A stretch of DNA of 64,000 nt from the human T2T-CHM13v2.0 reference genome, Homo sapiens. The DNA lies in assembly GCF_009914755.1 (NCBI RefSeq), contig NC_060929.1. One strand, written 5' to 3'. Positions 59,541 through 64,000 of this stretch are shown here, in pieces; the first letter of the stretch is position 1, and every line of letters begins with the position of its first letter. Made by a program: the position numbers and the translations under genes. Below the pieces are notes generated by a model that did no database searches, was not told where the DNA came from, and was given only the letters and a program-made list of their open reading frames with translations.

Positions 59541-60225
59541 GAAGAATAATAATGAGTGTTAGGATCACGCACACAGCTCCTAGACTACAGTTAGCCTAAG
59601 AAACCATGCCGCCCTCCATTTTCTTACCGATGAAAAGCCTATAGTGTGTGTAGATAGTCTAAGTTTCTTTCTAATTAATCTTCAGTATTAAGTGTTGATT
59701 CCTCAGAAAAAACTGTTAAAAATATCTAGCCCTTCCTATACTAGGAATCCTCTTTGAAATCAAGTGGGTCCCCAGTCAACAAGTATTTATTCTAATAGCG
59801 GGAGGCTAAGCTGCTTGAACAGAAAGAACTAGCTAACTCCGTGCTGTGTCTGTATTAGCTTTAACTAGTCTCTGCTTTCTTAATAACAACAACGACAACA
59901 ATAAAAAAGGTACTGTCTTCAGAATAACAGCTAGGCTCCCTTATGCAGTCTTCTCTGGGTGCTGCACAGCACACTTGAGCAATGACCAGAAAAGACAGCT
60001 TTGGGAATGAAAATTTTGTTTCTTAAACTTCAGGAGTGGAAGAGCCAGTGGTGAACAGCCTTTTAAAAAGCTTTCAAAGACTGTATGTTTTTCAAGATAA
60101 AAATATGTTTTTGTGATTATAAAAACAATCTACTTATGAGAAAATCGGCAGTACTGAAAGCAATGCTTTTAAGATATGCACATTTAGGAAATAGCAATAT
60201 CCAAAGCAGCATTCTAAATTTTTAC

Positions 60226-60360
60226 CTTTAAATTAGACAGTGGGTAATTTCCCAAGGATTCTGGGGTCCCTGTCATTGCCTCAGGGTTTCCAACCATCTC
60301 AGGTGGGTAGAAACAATGCATGCAACACGATTCCTGAGTTCTGAAGAACCATCAGCAGTG
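60226..60360 (-). other. ZBED3: ZBED3 5' non-coding exon (135 nt)
   Basis: Minus-strand acceptor tttactcctAG|cac and donor AAG|GTAAAA. Confidence 0.75.
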
Positions 60361-62066
60361 CTAGGAGTAAATTCAGAGGACAGGCAGGCCAGTGAAAGAA
60401 ATGCATTCAAACCACCTTAAAGACAGATACTAGAAATACTGAGCAGCGCCATGCCCTGGTTCACTTTTTCTAACCCTTTCATAGATACCCAAGGCATAAA
60501 ACAAATAAAATTAGTTTTCTTTATTGTTTGTGCTAACTAAAAGATCCCCTCTACATATTTGCAAGATACAAAGTTTGCTCAATACTTTTAATTAAGGAAG
60601 AAAAAGAAATAAAATAACGTCTTGCTTTGTTCAACACAAAATCTGTTAAAAGGATCCAAACATAATGCAATGTCATTGCACAGTCTTTTTTATTAGGAAA
60701 CTAATTCACTACTGCAATAACCTATTAAAGAAAAGGGAATACAGAAAAAGGTGAAGTTTATTAGTTAGGAAATAAGTTCACAAAGGACCAAATGTGTGAT
60801 TCTAGATAAATTTGCTTTGAAAGTTGAAAAACAATGAGAAGAAAACACATGACAGACTTCTTGAGCTCTTCTGAGAACTTAGGGAGAAAATCAAGGGCAA
60901 GGTGAGACCCAGGCACAGTGAGATCAATGCTGCTCATACTGTCAGATTTTGAACCAGCAGCCATGGAGATGACAAAGTTCCAGAATCTTTCTTGTTAAAC
61001 ACAACTGGGAAAAACTGAAGACAAAGATGAGAATAGGAAAAATAAGCTGCTATAGTTACAGTAGCATTTAGTGTAAACTATGAATTCAGTTGCTAATAGT
61101 CTTGTTGCAGATGCACTGTACTTTTCTAAACCTAAGTATTCTTTTTCCCACCAAGCAAGTCCACTCCGGATCAGGTATGACATTTAACATATCATTTTTT
61201 TAAAAAGATAACAAATATACCAGAATCATCAAAAAAGACAAGTACCATGCGTCTTCTAACAAAGAAGTGGCTATTTACATGTCTTCTGATACACAGGCAT
61301 TGATTTAAATATGGTCACTCATGATAAAGACCAATTAGCATAGAAAATCTTTAGAAATTAAAGGCTACATTTTCCCCCAAGAGATGTATTACATTGCTAA
61401 AGTCTCAAAAGTGGGGGAAAGTAGGATGAGGAGTTACAGACCACCTTCAAGAATAGTGTTTTTATGGCCAGTAAATATTATGGTTATATAACATTATGGT
61501 TGCTAAACAGAGTAAGATTTAAGTGTTACAAACATTTTTAATTATCTAACTTTACCTAAAATTTTTCCTATACTTTTTTCTTTTTTAAAATTTCTATTTC
61601 CTTCTATATTGAATCTGATCTTTCCTGAGGTCCTTTTTTATTACTGGACAAACACAAAAGTGCAGAGACTATTATAATGAATCTTTACGACTAATTTACT
61701 TTATAAATTAAAAGGGATGTAAACGTTTCCTATAACATCAAGAGTATTGCTTTGCATTCTGATATGCTTTCTTGAGCCAAAGCTTGGAAACTGCACATAA
61801 ACCCGCAGATTCTCTTACTTGTGCCAAAGTCTGAGAGTCATCCTTACTGATGTGCCCCTGATAGTGCCAGAGGTGACTGATTACTGTCATGCTTTTTACC
61901 TCTCTGGGTTTCCTTAAAAACTGGAATGCCCAGAGGGAGTGTCGCACAGGTGAATGCCATCTGTTAGGAGTTAAAGTGGGCACAAGGATGAGAAGCACTG
62001 ACTTCGATGTCTTAATCCTTTTGACCTAGTGGAAGCCTCACCTGAGCCAGGGACAGGCTGCATCAC

Positions 62067-62204
62067 AAATGTCGGCCAGCACAGCGCTGCCCCTCCAAGG
62101 GTGGCAAGGGGACATCCTCTGCCTGGGCAGCCCTTCGATTTTGGAGGTCTTAACCGGTGGAAGGCAGCACGGGGCAAAACTGCCTCACCTTCTCAGTCCT
62201 CCAC
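62067..62204 (-). ncRNA. SNORA47: H/ACA box snoRNA SNORA47 in a ZBED3 intron
   Basis: 138 nt; hairpin 1 closed by UGGAGG/CCUCCA, hinge, hairpin 2 closed by GGCUG/UGGCC, ACA exactly 3 nt from the 3' end (ACAUUU); sequence recognised. Confidence 0.88.
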
Positions 62205-62301
62205 ATCATGCGGCTATATTCTAGCTCAATACAATCCTCAGTCTCAGTATCTGCTGAGTGACCAGCAGTCTATGGCCACAGGCCGTTAACAGCCTGGTTA
62301 G

Positions 62302-62580
62302 CTGAGCAAACTATCACAAGGACAGAAAACCAAACACCGCATGTTCTCATTCATAGGTGGGAATTGAGCAATGAGAACACGTGGACACAGGGTGGGGAAC
62401 ATCACACACAGGGGCCTGTCGTGGGGTGGCGTGGGAGGGATAGCATTAGGAGATATACCTAATGTAAATGACGAGTTAACGGGTGCAGCACACCAACATG
62501 GCACATGTATACATATGTAACAAACCTGCACGTTGTGCACATGTACCCTAGAACTTAAAGTATAAACAAAAAACAAAAAA
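62302..62580 (+). mobile_element. L1PA 3' UTR fragment
   Basis: aaaccaaacaccgcatgttctca...ccctagaacttaaagtataa plus A tail. Confidence 0.93.
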
Positions 62581-62955
62581 CTCGAGTGCATTTCAGCTGC
62601 CCCTGCAATGTGGAGGGGGAGAAACCTCTTCAGACACTTCAGCCACAACCGTAACACACAAAGAGCTCTTCAAACACAATAAAAAGACAAAAAGACCGAC
62701 AGAAAAACAGACGAGAAATATGAGTAGGCAAATGACCTAACAGCTCCACTGGCCAGGAAATTTATGAAAAGGTGCACAACATCACTTATATTCAGGGAAA
62801 TGCTATTAAAGTAGCAATAAGGTATCGTTTTACATCCATCACACCAAGAAACATTAAGAGGTCTAACAGCCAAAGTTACAAGGGAGGTAGAGAAAAGGCA
62901 CACTCCTCAATTACTAGTGAAGATGGGATGGATTTTAGGAAAGCATTCTGGCCAT

Positions 62956-63290
<335 letters not shown>

Positions 63291-63443
63291 TAATTCTGTG
63301 GTTAGCTAATAAGAAGAAAATGAAAAGTAAGAGATCCCTCAATTTTTCCTTGAACATTTTTTAAAACTAACACAAAGGTGCCAATGAATTTGAGTATTTT
63401 GCTTACATCCATCCACTCCATCCAACTCTCATTCAAATGCTCA

Positions 63444-63948
<505 letters not shown>

Positions 63949-64000
63949 CTATAGAACTATCAGCACCAATAAACACAGTCTTGTATCAGGATGTTCACGT

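Noticed and set aside
58755-59599. Long overlapping ORFs (264, 223, 191, 139 aa) around ZBED3
   Set aside because: Expected from stop-codon scarcity at very high GC; the 223-aa frame starts in the intron and has a stop just before the junction in the spliced mRNA
60761-60964. 67-aa minus-strand ORF MAAGSKSDS...
   Set aside because: No recognisable homology; mentioned only as part of a possible non-coding exon

Overview
Human (primate) genomic DNA recognisable as the AGGF1-ZBED3 locus (chr5q13.3). The + strand carries the complete 14-exon AGGF1 gene: CpG-island promoter near 11.9-12.8 kb, CDS 12491-44922, and GT-AG exons that sum to 2145 nt = 714 aa (coiled coil, OCRE, FHA, G-patch). The - strand carries the 3' part of ZBED3 (single coding exon 58806-59510, 234 aa; non-coding exon 60226-60360) and the intronic H/ACA snoRNA SNORA47 (62067-62204). 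The rest is repeat-rich: about 26 Alus, a 5'-truncated SVA in AGGF1 intron 5, several LTRs, L1/L2/MIR fragments and DNA-transposon MITEs. The most interesting structures not explained by these features are: (1) an approximately 300-nt non-Alu inverted duplication in AGGF1 intron 1 whose upstream arm contains a complete candidate poison exon; (2) a chain of tightly coupled uORFs ending in an AUGA stop/start overlap with ZBED3; (3) a strong-Kozak uORF in AGGF1; (4) recursive-splice-like AG|GTAAGT sites; (5) an informative SVA 5' junction. Repeat subfamily calls are from memory of consensus sequences and their boundaries are approximate.
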